A DNA stretch of 64,000 bases from Alphaproteobacteria bacterium. Its GTDB lineage: Bacteria > Pseudomonadota > Alphaproteobacteria > GCA-2731375. The notes under the pieces are model-generated. The model was not told the DNA's origin and searched no databases. It saw nothing but the letters and a program-made list of their open reading frames with translations. The stretch covers positions 6,560,001-6,624,000 of the forward strand of contig CBDDPY010000002.1 in NCBI GenBank assembly GCA_965232515.1, read 5' to 3'. The translations under genes were made by a program, and so were the position numbers. Below are positions 1 to 9,923 of the stretch, in pieces (the stretch's first letter is position 1; each line of letters begins with the position of its first letter).

Positions 1-2
1 CC

Positions 3-1106
3 GAGGCGGTCGCCGATACCGATGTCACGCTGATATCCGTCGGCACGCCGAGCGCGCGCAGCGGCGCGCCCTCGCTCAATGCCATTGACGCGGTCAGCCG
101 CGATATCGGCTTGGCGTTGCGCGACAAGACCGCGCCGCACGTTGTCGTTGCCCGCAGCACCATCCCGCCGGGCACGACCGAAGATCGCATCGCCCCGGCT
201 CTGGTCGAGCACTCCGGCCGGGCGCTCGGCGACGGGCTCGACGTCTGCTTCAACCCGGCATTCCTGCGCGAGGGCCGATCGGTCCGGGACTTTCACGAGC
301 CGCCGTTCACGATCATCGGCGCAGACACCGACGCCGCCTTCGATGCCGTCGAAGCGCTCTATCGGGGTGTCGACGCGCCTGTCGTCCGCACCAGCTTTCG
401 CATCGCCGAAACGGTCAAGTATCTCTGCAACGTCTACCACGCCTTGAAGATCGCCTTTGCCAACGAAGCCGGCTCGCTGTTGAAGTCGCTCGGCATGGAC
501 GGACGCGAGGCAATGGAGATCTTCTGCCGCGACACCGAGCTGAACATCTCGCCGGCCTATCTGCGTCCCGGCTATGCCTTCGGCGGTTCCTGCCTGCCGA
601 AGGATCTGCGCGGGCTGCTTGCCTTTGCCCGCGAGGCCGAGCTGCAGTTGCCGCTGCTGGGCCAGGTGTTGGCCAGCAACGACGCCCACATCGACCGGGC
701 GTTCGACATGGTCACCCGCCGCGGGCGGCGCAAGGTGGCGCTGTTCGGTCTCGCCTTCAAGCCGGGCACCGACGACCTGCGGGAATCGCCGCTGGTGACG
801 CTGGCCGAGCGGCTGATTGGCAAGGGTTACGAGTTGGCGATTCACGATCCGCATGTCGAGACCAGCCGCCTGATGGGCGCCAACCGGGATTTCATCGACC
901 GGGAAATTCCCCACGTCGAGCGGATGCTGGTCGCCGATCCCGCAGCGGCGCTCGCCGGCGCCGGAACGATTGTTGTCGGCCATGCCGATCGGCAGGCCAT
1001 CGACGCGATTGCCGCCGACCATAACGGCCGCACGATCGTCGACCTGCAAGGCGTCAAGGATCTCGAGTCCCTGGACGGCGCCGATTACGAAGGCGTTTGC
1101 TGGTGA
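3..1106 (+). CDS. UDP-glucose/GDP-mannose 6-dehydrogenase family (AlgD-like), 5' end outside the window
   Basis: Frame is open from the window start (ISVGTPS). Motifs RSTIPPGT, KYLCNVYHALKIAFANE, catalytic FGGSCLPKD and GLAFKPGTDDLRESP. Confidence 0.92.
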   Translation, partial: EAVADTDVTLISVGTPSARSGAPSLNAIDAVSRDIGLALRDKTAPHVVVARSTIPPGTTEDRIAPALVEHSGRALGDGLDVCFNPAFLREGRSVRDFHEPPFTIIGADTDAAFDAVEALYRGVDAPVVRTSFRIAETVKYLCNVYHALKIAFANEAGSLLKSLGMDGREAMEIFCRDTELNISPAYLRPGYAFGGSCLPKDLRGLLAFAREAELQLPLLGQVLASNDAHIDRAFDMVTRRGRRKVALFGLAFKPGTDDLRESPLVTLAERLIGKGYELAIHDPHVETSRLMGANRDFIDREIPHVERMLVADPAAALAGAGTIVVGHADRQAIDAIAADHNGRTIVDLQGVKDLESLDGADYEGVCW

Positions 1107-2404
1107 CCGCACGCCCGCGGCTGCTGTTTATTTCACCGCAGTTCCTGTTTCCGACCGACGCCGGCGGCAAGATCCGCACCACCAATGTCCTGCGGGGCAT
1201 GAAGGGTGGCAGCTTCGAGATCACGCTGGCCTCGCCGGCCCAACCCGATGAGGCGGCGCGTCACGCCGACGATCTGGCGGCCGTCTGCGACCGGTTTGTC
1301 GATTGGCCGTTTCATCGCCAAGGCAAGTCGTTCGGCTTGCGGCGGCTGTCGTTCTTGTTGTCGTCCCTGCCTGTCGCGGTGGCCTGCGACCGTTCCGCCG
1401 CCGGCATGGCGGCGATCCGGGCCGAGCTGTCGCGTGGATACGATCTGGTTGTCACCGACTTCGTGCACGCGGCCGTGCTGACGCCACCCGAACTGTCGGC
1501 CGCGTCGGTACTGTTCACCCACAATGTCGAGGCCGAGATCTTCGCCCGGCATGTGGATGTTGCCGACAATCCTGTCAGCCGCGCGGTCTGGCGCGACCAG
1601 TGGCGCAAGATGAAGCGGTTCGAGCAGTCGGCGTTGCGGCGGTTCGATACCGTGATCGCGGTCTCGGAACGCGATGCCGCGCAGTTCCGGGAACACTATG
1701 GCGTGTCGTCGGTGGAGCCGATCCCGACGGCCGTGGACCTGGACTTCTTCGATTTCCGGGCGCCGCCGGACGGTCCGCCCCAGGGCGGCACCATCGTCTT
1801 CACCGGATCGATGAACTGGGCCGCCAATATCGATGGCATCGAGTTCTTCATGGACTCGATCTGGCCGGCGATTGCGCAGGCAGCACCGGCGGCGAACGTC
1901 GTCGTGGTCGGCCGCAATCCGCCGACCCATCTGGTCGAGCGGGCGAACAAGCGCGGCTTGCCCTGGACCTTCACGGGTTTCGTCGACGACATCAGGCCCT
2001 ATGTGCACGACGCGCAGGTCTATGCCATTCCGCTGCGGGTTGGTGGCGGCACCCGGATCAAGGTCTACGAAGCCATGGCCATGGGATGCCCGGTGGTCTC
2101 GACCACGATCGGCGTGGAGGGGCTGCCGCTCGATGACGGTCGGCACTACACCTGCGCCGATACGGCCGATGCCTTCGCCGCCGAAGTGCTGCGTCTGCTG
2201 GCCGACGCGGACTTGCGCCAACGCTTGGCGACGACCGCGCGGGCCTATGTCGAGGAGAACTTCAGCGCGCCCGGCGTCGCCCGCATTTTCGAGCGCATCT
2301 GCGAACAGACCATGGAGCTTCGGCGTATCAGCGCGGGTGGCGGCGCAGCAGATCTTTTAGCGCCGGGCCTAGCAGGTGCCGCGCGGCGGCAGCCAGACCT
2401 CTGA
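1103..2404 (+). CDS. GT4 glycosyltransferase
   Basis: FPTDAGGKIR N-terminus, FTGSMNWAANIDG and GGGTRIKVYEAMAMGCPVVST. GTG start overlaps the upstream TGA. Confidence 0.9.
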   Translation: MTARPRLLFISPQFLFPTDAGGKIRTTNVLRGMKGGSFEITLASPAQPDEAARHADDLAAVCDRFVDWPFHRQGKSFGLRRLSFLLSSLPVAVACDRSAAGMAAIRAELSRGYDLVVTDFVHAAVLTPPELSAASVLFTHNVEAEIFARHVDVADNPVSRAVWRDQWRKMKRFEQSALRRFDTVIAVSERDAAQFREHYGVSSVEPIPTAVDLDFFDFRAPPDGPPQGGTIVFTGSMNWAANIDGIEFFMDSIWPAIAQAAPAANVVVVGRNPPTHLVERANKRGLPWTFTGFVDDIRPYVHDAQVYAIPLRVGGGTRIKVYEAMAMGCPVVSTTIGVEGLPLDDGRHYTCADTADAFAAEVLRLLADADLRQRLATTARAYVEENFSAPGVARIFERICEQTMELRRISAGGGAADLLAPGLAGAARRQPDL

Positions 2405-3542
2405 ACCGACGGGGATTGCACGCCAGGATACCCCAGCGCTCGCGGCGCTCGGACAGCCAGTCCTGCTTGTAGCCGTCGTCGCCGCGGCCGAAATCGACTT
2501 CCGCCACGCGGTCGACCTCCAAGGCATGCCGCATCATCCGTGCCGTCAGCACAGTGCCAAGCGAAAGCCGGCGGTACCGCTCGACGTAGGCCAGCTTGAA
2601 GATGGTTGAACGACCCTCGTGGGTCAGCCAGATTTGCGCCGCCGCGGGTGCGCCGTCCAGATGGCAGATCCCCAAACGCAGCACGCCGTTGGCCGCCGCA
2701 TGTCGCGCCAAACCTGGCGTGAACTCGGGGAACGGCTCCGCCGTCTTCCAGCTCGCCGCGTAAATCGCATCGTAGCTCGCCATCGCCGTATCGAGCTCGG
2801 CCGGCGTCTGACAGATGTCGACGCGGACGTCGTGGGCTTTCGCCAGTTGCCGCTGCTTGCGCAAGATCGTGTTGCGCAGGCGCGACGGCCGCCGCGCGAG
2901 ATAGTCGTCAAAGCTCAGCTCGGCGACATCTTCGAACCAGTTACCGAAGTGGAAGTACGGCCGCGACGGCCAGCCGCGTGCGCGGATCGCCGCGACCAGC
3001 GCGTCGAAAAGCGGCGCCTCGCGGGGCAGGGTATCGAGCTGCAGGACGTCCGGCTTGCTGGCATCCGTCGTCATCGCGTCGACCAACTGACGGCACGCCC
3101 GCGCGATGTCGACGCCGGGTCGCGTCAGGGCCTCGAAGCTGCAGGAATAAAAGTTCGTCAGGCCCGAGATCGCCCGGGCGCCGGGAAACAGATTCGATGC
3201 GGTATGGCGCTTGGCCGGCAGGGCCGCAAATGTGGTCCCGTCGGCCTCCCTCGCGCTGAAGACCACAGCGTCTTCGCCGGCCGCCAGGCAGGTCTCGGAC
3301 AGGTTCCGAAACCAGTCGGGATGCGCATAGTAGGTGGGCGCGGCACACTGCGCGAAGAGCGGCGCATAGACGGATGCCAACGCCGTCAAATCATCCTGTG
3401 GCGTCGTTCCCGGCGGAGATGGCGGGTGCGGACTCGCGTTGCTGGAAATCAATTCGTCGTCGTCCGCTGCCGATTGCAATCGCGCCAGCTCGGTCAGGTA
3501 ACGCCATCGGGTGCGGCCGGCACGGCTGGCCCGGATACGCAA
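2328..3542 (-). CDS. GNAT acetyltransferase, CelD/BcsL (Acetyltransf_6)-like; start uncertain
   Basis: FDDYLARRPSRLRNTI, IFKLAY, SLGTVLT and VDFGRGDDGYKQDW motifs, typical of EPS-locus GNATs. Confidence 0.8.
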   Translation of the reverse strand: MRIRASRAGRTRWRYLTELARLQSAADDDELISSNASPHPPSPPGTTPQDDLTALASVYAPLFAQCAAPTYYAHPDWFRNLSETCLAAGEDAVVFSAREADGTTFAALPAKRHTASNLFPGARAISGLTNFYSCSFEALTRPGVDIARACRQLVDAMTTDASKPDVLQLDTLPREAPLFDALVAAIRARGWPSRPYFHFGNWFEDVAELSFDDYLARRPSRLRNTILRKQRQLAKAHDVRVDICQTPAELDTAMASYDAIYAASWKTAEPFPEFTPGLARHAAANGVLRLGICHLDGAPAAAQIWLTHEGRSTIFKLAYVERYRRLSLGTVLTARMMRHALEVDRVAEVDFGRGDDGYKQDWLSERRERWGILACNPRRFRGLAAAARHLLGPALKDLLRRHPR

Positions 3543-3708
3543 ATATCGCCTGACAAACGCGATTTAAGAGGTTAAACAATTGCTTAGTTCAAAGCACATA
3601 GGTTGCGGTGTTGGCAAGTTGCTGTTGGTCGACCGGTCACCCGATCGCTGACGCGTTGGCATCGGCATCTATTGCGCAAAACTTAATGCGACCTCGAGGT
3701 AGGGGGCG

Positions 3709-4329
3709 ATGACGAAAACTTCTTTCTTCTCTGGCCGTGGCCTGGTGCTGGCGGCGGTCGTTATGTTGGTCGCGGCCTGTTCGGGCCGGGAATTGGCGCC
3801 AACGATCACCGAAGAGCAGGCGACGCCCGATTATCTGATCGGCGCTGGCGACAACTTGAGCGTTTTCGTCTGGCGCAACCCGGAGTTGGGCATTTCGCTA
3901 CCCGTGCGGCCGGACGGAAAGATTTCCTCGCCGCTGATCGAGGACCTGCAGGCGGCCGGCAAGACGCCGACGCAGCTGGCTCGGGATATCGAGGAGGAGC
4001 TCAAGAAGTTCATCCAGGACCCGATCGTCACCGTTATCGTGACCGGCTTTGTCGGTCCCTTCGACCAGCAGGTGCGCGTCGTGGGCGAGGCGGCCCAACC
4101 GGCGGCCATTCCCTATCGGGACGACATGACCGTCCTTGACGTCATGATCTCCGTTGGCGGTCTGACCCAGTTCGCCGCCGGCAATCGGACCGTGGTCGTG
4201 CGGCAGATCGAAGGCCAGAACAAGAGCTTCCGGGTGCGGCTGGACGACCTGTTGAAGGACGGCGATGTCAGCGCGAATGTGGAAATGCTGCCCGGCGACG
4301 TGGTGATCGTGCCCCAGAGCTTTTTCTAA
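3709..4329 (+). CDS. wza: XrtA/PEP-CTERM system polysaccharide export lipoprotein
   Basis: Lipobox VAAC, YLIGAGDNLSVFVWRNPEL and VRPDGKIS, SLBB domain, G-rich RBS. Confidence 0.92.
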   Translation: MTKTSFFSGRGLVLAAVVMLVAACSGRELAPTITEEQATPDYLIGAGDNLSVFVWRNPELGISLPVRPDGKISSPLIEDLQAAGKTPTQLARDIEEELKKFIQDPIVTVIVTGFVGPFDQQVRVVGEAAQPAAIPYRDDMTVLDVMISVGGLTQFAAGNRTVVVRQIEGQNKSFRVRLDDLLKDGDVSANVEMLPGDVVIVPQSFF

Positions 4330-4383
4330 AAGCGCTTAAAGACATCATTTATGTGTGTGCGGTAGCGTGATCACTTTGTGTGA

Positions 4384-4399
4384 TGTGATTGCTGTCACA
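4384..4399. promoter_or_regulatory. CRP/FNR-family (CRP-type) binding box
   Basis: Exact TGTGA-N6-TCACA in the AT-rich wza to chain-length-gene spacer, with TATAAG at 4423-4428. Confidence 0.6.
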
Positions 4400-4477
4400 T
4401 TAATGCCTAACTGACTTTGGATTATAAGTTCCCTTTCCGGCGCCGGCCGGACCGAACCGATCCAAGGAAAGATTGAG

Positions 4478-6094
4478 ATGGGTGATCTGCGAACGCAAAT
4501 TCTGGCCATTTTGCGGGCCGTCTGGCGCCGGCGTTGGATTATCGCCGGCATTGCCTGGGGCCTGTGCCTGGTCGGCTGGTTCGTGGTCCTGCATATGCCC
4601 GACCGCTATCAGTCCCGGACACGCATCTACGTCGATACCCAGACCATGCTGGCGCCGTTGCTGCGCGGCCTGACCGTGGCGCCGAACCTGAACCAGCAGG
4701 TCGCGTTCATGAAGCGGACCCTACTCAGCCGTCCGAACATGCTGGAAATCATCCGCATGACCGATCTCGACCTGACGGTCGAGAACGATGCGGAAATGGA
4801 CGCGCTGATCAAGAGTGTGGCCGAACGGATCTCGATCAAATCCCAGGGCCGGGATCTGTTCACGATCGCGTACGAGAGCGAGGACCCGAAGCTGGCCCAG
4901 CGGGTCGTGCAGTCGTTGGTCAACATCTTCGTCGAGAACAATCTCGGCGAGAACCGATCCGACATGGAGAAGGCCCGCGCCTTCCTGGAAGCGCAGCTCG
5001 CCGTGTACGAGCGGCAGCTTCAGGAAGCGGAACGCCGTCTCGCGGACTTCAAGGCCAGCAATCTCGAATTCGGCCGCGGCGCCGGCGGCTATGTCAAAAA
5101 GCGGCAGGGCGCGAACGCGGCTTTGGAGCGCGCGGAAGCCGACTACCAGGATGCGCTTGCGTTGCGCGACCAGCTGCGTGAGCAGATCGCGACCGTCCCG
5201 CAATACCTCGAAGTCGATGCCGCGCCCCAGGTGATCTTCAACAACGGCGGGGCGGCAAATTCACCGATCGCCGAGCTGGAGCGGCGGATCAAGGATACGG
5301 AACGGCAGATCGTGCTGCTGCTCGGCAAGTATACCGAGGCGCACCCCGACGTGATCGCGTCCCGCCGCCAGATCGAGTACCTGAACGAGCAGCTGGCTCA
5401 GGAAGAGGAAAAGCTGCTGGCGGCGGCCGAGGGCGAAGGCGACGATTTCGGCGGCGAAGGCGCCAAGACGAAGGTGCCGAACGCGCTCTATGAGCATATC
5501 AAGTTGCGATTGGTCGACGCCGAGTCCCAGGTCACCACGCGCGAGCGGCAGTTGAAGCGGGCCCGCGAGGAACGCGATTACTTCGAGAAGATGGCGACGA
5601 CGGCGCCCCTGGTCGAAGCGCGCCTGGCCGGCTTGAACAGAGACTATTCCGTCATCAAGAAGAACTACGAGCAGCTCCTGTCCCGGCGCGAGTCGGCCAA
5701 GATTGCGCAAGCCGTCGACGCGGAAACCGACATCCAGTTCCGGATCGTCGATCCGCCCGAGGTGCCGACCATTCCGGTTGGGCCGAACCGGCCGTTCTTC
5801 ATGTCGATCGTTCTCGCCGCTGGTCTGGGGTCTGGCATAGCTTTTGCTTACCTGTTGTCCCAGATGGATGTTTCCTTTCACAACGCGGCCAGCCTGCGGG
5901 ACACGTTTGGATTGCCCGTACTGGGCGCGGTTTCGGCCCTCGTGTCGAACAGCAACCGCAGGCGGCAGCATGCCGGCCTTGCCGGATTCGCAGTCGCCTG
6001 CGCCTGTCTCTTATTGGTTTTTGGCGGACTGATCGTTTTTGAGACACCTTTACGCCAAAACATGTCCCAACTTGAGTTAACGCGACTGCTATGA
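4478..6094 (+). CDS. XrtA system polysaccharide chain-length determinant (Wzc membrane/periplasmic part)
   Basis: N-terminal TM, long coiled coil, YTEAHPDV, FRIVDPPEVP, C-terminal TMs and GLPVLG. Confidence 0.9.
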   Translation: MGDLRTQILAILRAVWRRRWIIAGIAWGLCLVGWFVVLHMPDRYQSRTRIYVDTQTMLAPLLRGLTVAPNLNQQVAFMKRTLLSRPNMLEIIRMTDLDLTVENDAEMDALIKSVAERISIKSQGRDLFTIAYESEDPKLAQRVVQSLVNIFVENNLGENRSDMEKARAFLEAQLAVYERQLQEAERRLADFKASNLEFGRGAGGYVKKRQGANAALERAEADYQDALALRDQLREQIATVPQYLEVDAAPQVIFNNGGAANSPIAELERRIKDTERQIVLLLGKYTEAHPDVIASRRQIEYLNEQLAQEEEKLLAAAEGEGDDFGGEGAKTKVPNALYEHIKLRLVDAESQVTTRERQLKRAREERDYFEKMATTAPLVEARLAGLNRDYSVIKKNYEQLLSRRESAKIAQAVDAETDIQFRIVDPPEVPTIPVGPNRPFFMSIVLAAGLGSGIAFAYLLSQMDVSFHNAASLRDTFGLPVLGAVSALVSNSNRRRQHAGLAGFAVACACLLLVFGGLIVFETPLRQNMSQLELTRLL

Positions 6095-7182
6095 GTTCGG
6101 AAGCCAGAGTGCCAGGCTTGATCCAGCGGGCCGCCGACCACGTTCGGTCCGGCGGCGGCGCGTCGCTGGTCGAGAAAGCGGCAAAGCGAATTGCCGCATC
6201 GGGCGGACCGCAACCCGTGACGGCCGATGCCGCGGCCGCGCCGGCGGTGCCGGCCGCGCCGCTTCCGACCGAGCCGGCCACCGTACCCCGCCCGCCCGTG
6301 GCCGAGGTATCGCCGCCGGCGAATGAGGCGCCGCAACCCGCGGCCGCGAAGCCGCGCCCGGCCGCCCCTGCCGACGAGCCGACGCCGTTCACGCCCGAGC
6401 GGACCGCGGCGGCGCCTGCGAGGGAGAGCCAGGGCGGCCGCCGGGCCGATGTGGTGCAGATCGATCAGGTACGCCTGCAGCTCGCCGGCTGCATCGTGCC
6501 GTCGGGCGAACGCACCCGCATTGTCGAAGAGTTTCGCATCGTCAAGCGGCCGCTTCTGCTCAAGGCGTTTGCGACCGGCGATCAAAGAACGCGCAACGGC
6601 AACCTGATCATGGTGACCAGCGCCCGTCCGGGCGAGGGCAAGTCGCACACGGCGGTCAATCTGGCCATGAGCATGGTCTCCGAGCGCGACCTGAACGTTC
6701 TTCTGGTCGATGCCGACATGCACAACACCAGCGAATACTCATCGATGGGCATGATGGGCGTGAACGCGGAGAAGGGCCTGCTCAATGTGGTCGCGGATCC
6801 CTCCACGGATCTTGCCGACGTCCTGCTCAGGACGGATATCCCGAACCTGACGTTGCTGCCGGCCGGGACGAACGTGATGAACCCGACCGAGCTGCTGGCC
6901 AGTAACCGTATGGGTCAGCTCGTCGAGGAGCTCGCCGAACGTTATCCGGACCGGGTCATCATTATCGACACCCCGCCGGTCCTGGCGACCAGTGAGCCGA
7001 GCGTGCTCGCCATGCATGTCGGCCAGCTTCTGTTTGTGGTCGAGGCAGAGAAGACCAGCCAGAAGGCCATCGAGTCGGCGTTGGCGCTATTGGGTGGCTG
7101 CCAAAACATCAACCTCGTGTTAAATAAAGCCAAGATGGAGGTCGGCGGCGACCGGTTCGGCGCCTATTCGTATTACTATTGA
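6091..7182 (+). CDS. XrtA-associated bacterial tyrosine kinase (CpsD/CapB, cytoplasmic Wzc domain)
   Basis: Walker A ARPGEGKS, LLVDAD, IIIDTPP, C-terminal Tyr cluster GAYSYYY and a Pro/Ala-rich N-terminal linker. Confidence 0.92.
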   Translation: MSSEARVPGLIQRAADHVRSGGGASLVEKAAKRIAASGGPQPVTADAAAAPAVPAAPLPTEPATVPRPPVAEVSPPANEAPQPAAAKPRPAAPADEPTPFTPERTAAAPARESQGGRRADVVQIDQVRLQLAGCIVPSGERTRIVEEFRIVKRPLLLKAFATGDQRTRNGNLIMVTSARPGEGKSHTAVNLAMSMVSERDLNVLLVDADMHNTSEYSSMGMMGVNAEKGLLNVVADPSTDLADVLLRTDIPNLTLLPAGTNVMNPTELLASNRMGQLVEELAERYPDRVIIIDTPPVLATSEPSVLAMHVGQLLFVVEAEKTSQKAIESALALLGGCQNINLVLNKAKMEVGGDRFGAYSYYY

Positions 7183-7199
7183 CTTCCCGCGGCCGCTGA

Positions 7200-8726
7200 G
7201 TGAAGTTGCGCGTTAATCTATCAGTCGGGTGTCATTGGACAATGCTGGGTCGTTCCGTCATTCGGCGGCAGATATTTTCATTAGTCGGCCTGGCCTTGGT
7301 TCTTTCACCGATACCTTCCGTTCATGCGGGCGATTGGCGAATTACGCCGCGCGCTCAATCCGAAACTTCCTATACCGACAATGTGCGCGGCGTCGCCGAT
7401 GGCAAGGAAGGCGACGTCTTCCATTCCGGCTCGTCCGGCGTCAGCATACGGGGCCGGGGCGCACGGCTTAATCTGAACCTCGACTACACGCTCAGTTACG
7501 AGGAATATCTCGCTGAATCCGAGCTCAGCAGCCGCACCCACCGGCTGCTCGGTTCCGGCAACACCGAGCTGATCCGCGAACATCTCTTTGTCGACGCCCA
7601 GACCTCGTTCAACCGGGTTACCGACGACCGGACCGGCGCCATATCGAGCATTGACCGGAACCTGGGCGACAATCAGACCGAGGTCTTCAACTACCGCATC
7701 AGCCCGCGCTATCTTTTCAACATCGGCGGCTTCGCGCGGTCGACCACGCGCTACACCTTCAGCGAAACCGTGTTCGATCCGCTGAACGACGATTCCGACA
7801 ACAACGACAGTCCGTCGGACACGACGACGAACCGGATTTCGCAGGTCTTCAGCAGCGGCGCAGATTTCACACAGCTGTCGTGGGCCCTGACCGCCCAATA
7901 CCGCCGGTCCTCGCGCGGCGACAGCGACGACAACTTCACCACCAAGTCGGGCGAGGCGAGCGCTGAATATGCGATAAACCGAGTGTTTTCGGTGCTCGGC
8001 AGTGCCGGTTACGAAGACCTGGCGGACAATTCGGTGACCGACGACGACGAGTTGTTCGGCGAGATCTGGACCGTCGGCGCCCGATTGCGGCCGGGACCCC
8101 GCACCAATCTCAGCTTCGAATACGGCCGCCGATACGACGACGATTTCTATCGCGGCAACGGCAGTTTCGCCATCACGCCCACCTTGCGGGCGAACGTCTC
8201 CTACAACATTACCGTCGATATCGAACAGTCCGCCGCCGACAATGCGTTTCTGTTCATCGGGCAGGACGAGGATGGCAACTTCATCGATACCCGCACCGGC
8301 TTGCCGATCGATGTCGTCGATTCCGATTTCGACCTGACGGATCAGGACACGGTCCTGCGGAACGAGTCCTTCTCCGCCTCGCTGTCGGGCAGCCGTGGCC
8401 GCAATCGTTATGGCCTGCGGCTGGCGCACACCAAGCGTACCACCGAGCCGGAAGCGCGTGAGCAGACCGTTATCAGCGGGTCCATCAATTTCAGCCGCAC
8501 GTTGCGGCCGGGCATGAACTTGGCGCTTAACGCAAGATTTACCGACGCGGAGGACGATGCCAGTGACGATACCAGCACGTTCCGCTTTAGCGCTTCGCTC
8601 GGGTATGACGTCGGCCGGACGGTTCGAGCCACGTTTCGGGTGAACCATCTGCGTCGCAACACGGACGCCAATGAATCCGACCTGACCGAGAACGTTGCTT
8701 CGGTGCGGCTGGTAAAAACCTTTTAG
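7200..8726 (+). CDS. PEP-CTERM system-associated outer-membrane beta-barrel protein
   Basis: Signal peptide, then WRITPR..ETSYTDNV, amphipathic beta strands and terminal Phe; conserved position in the locus. Confidence 0.85.
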   Translation: MKLRVNLSVGCHWTMLGRSVIRRQIFSLVGLALVLSPIPSVHAGDWRITPRAQSETSYTDNVRGVADGKEGDVFHSGSSGVSIRGRGARLNLNLDYTLSYEEYLAESELSSRTHRLLGSGNTELIREHLFVDAQTSFNRVTDDRTGAISSIDRNLGDNQTEVFNYRISPRYLFNIGGFARSTTRYTFSETVFDPLNDDSDNNDSPSDTTTNRISQVFSSGADFTQLSWALTAQYRRSSRGDSDDNFTTKSGEASAEYAINRVFSVLGSAGYEDLADNSVTDDDELFGEIWTVGARLRPGPRTNLSFEYGRRYDDDFYRGNGSFAITPTLRANVSYNITVDIEQSAADNAFLFIGQDEDGNFIDTRTGLPIDVVDSDFDLTDQDTVLRNESFSASLSGSRGRNRYGLRLAHTKRTTEPEAREQTVISGSINFSRTLRPGMNLALNARFTDAEDDASDDTSTFRFSASLGYDVGRTVRATFRVNHLRRNTDANESDLTENVASVRLVKTF

Positions 8727-8738
8727 TTTCAGCCCGCT

Positions 8739-9923
8739 ATGTATACCGAATTCTATCGGCTGCAGGCGTTGCCGTTCCAGCTAACGCCGGACCCAAGTTT
8801 TTTCTTCGCCAGCAGCGTCCATAACAGCGCCATGGCGCACCTGACCTATGGTCTGAGCCAGGGCGAGGGCTTCATCATAATCACCGGCGAGATCGGCGCC
8901 GGCAAGACCACGCTGGTCGGCCATCTGCTCGCCACGCTCGACAAGGAGCACTACCTGGCGTTGAACATCGTCAGCACGCAGCTGAACGCCGACGAGATGC
9001 TGCGGATGGTCGCTTCGGCCTTCAACATTCCGACCGAGAATGTCGACAAGGCGACACTGCTGCGGAAGATCGAGGCTTTTCTCACCAGCCTGCACGAGTC
9101 CGACAAGCGGGCCTTGCTTCTGGTCGATGAAGCTCAGAACCTCACCGCCGGCGCGCTTGAGGAATTGCGCATGCTGTCGAACTTCCAGGTCGGTTCGCGC
9201 ACGCCGCTGCAGTGTTTTCTGCTCGGCCAGCCACAGTTCCGAACCACCCTGGCGATGCCGGAACTCGAGCAGTTGCGGCAGCGCGTGACGGCGTCATACC
9301 ACCTCGGCCCGTTGTCCATGGACGAGACCCGATACTATATCGAGCACCGCCTGCACATGGCCGGCTGGAACCGGGATCCGGAGTTCGCCGACGAGGCCTT
9401 CCAGCAGATTTTCGACTACACGAAGGGCGTGCCGCGCCTGATCAACATGCTGTGTTCACGGTTGCTGCTGTATGGTTTTCTCGAAGAGCTGCACAAGATC
9501 GACGGTGTCGTTGTCGAGCGTGTCGTGACCGAGCATGCCGAGGAGACCCGTCAGGTCATGGCGCCGGAGGCCCAGAAGCCGGTGGCGACGACGGGCGCCG
9601 CGGCGGCCGCGACGACCGGCGACGCGCCGGTCGCGGTACCGACGGACGCCGCGCCCGCCGGCACGCCGGCGGGCTACGACGAGGTTATAAAACGTCTCGG
9701 CGCGGTCGAGGATCATGTGAAGCTGCACGAGCGAACCATGAACCGGGTGCTACGGGTTCTGGTGCAGCAGATGGAAGGAGCGACGGACGATGTCCCAGCC
9801 GCAGATGAAGGTGAAGGCGACGCCCGACCCCAGCGTCGGCACAGCCGCCTCGCCGCGCGCCGACGCCGGCGCCGCGGTCGCGGCCGCCGGCCATTCGCCG
9901 ATTACCAACGCGCTGACAGTTGA
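8739..9923 (+). CDS. XrtA/PEP-CTERM system-associated ExeA-like ATPase
   Basis: PFQLTPDP, Walker A GEIGAGKT, LLVDEAQ, LLGQPQ and GVPRLIN. Confidence 0.92.
   Translation: MYTEFYRLQALPFQLTPDPSFFFASSVHNSAMAHLTYGLSQGEGFIIITGEIGAGKTTLVGHLLATLDKEHYLALNIVSTQLNADEMLRMVASAFNIPTENVDKATLLRKIEAFLTSLHESDKRALLLVDEAQNLTAGALEELRMLSNFQVGSRTPLQCFLLGQPQFRTTLAMPELEQLRQRVTASYHLGPLSMDETRYYIEHRLHMAGWNRDPEFADEAFQQIFDYTKGVPRLINMLCSRLLLYGFLEELHKIDGVVVERVVTEHAEETRQVMAPEAQKPVATTGAAAAATTGDAPVAVPTDAAPAGTPAGYDEVIKRLGAVEDHVKLHERTMNRVLRVLVQQMEGATDDVPAADEGEGDARPQRRHSRLAARRRRRRGRGRRPFADYQRADS

Noticed and set aside
3655-3680. Sigma-54 promoter for wza (CGGCAT-CTATT-GCGCA)
   Set aside because: GG-N10-GC spacing fits, but the TGGCAC and TTGC flanks do not; too weak in a GC-rich genome.
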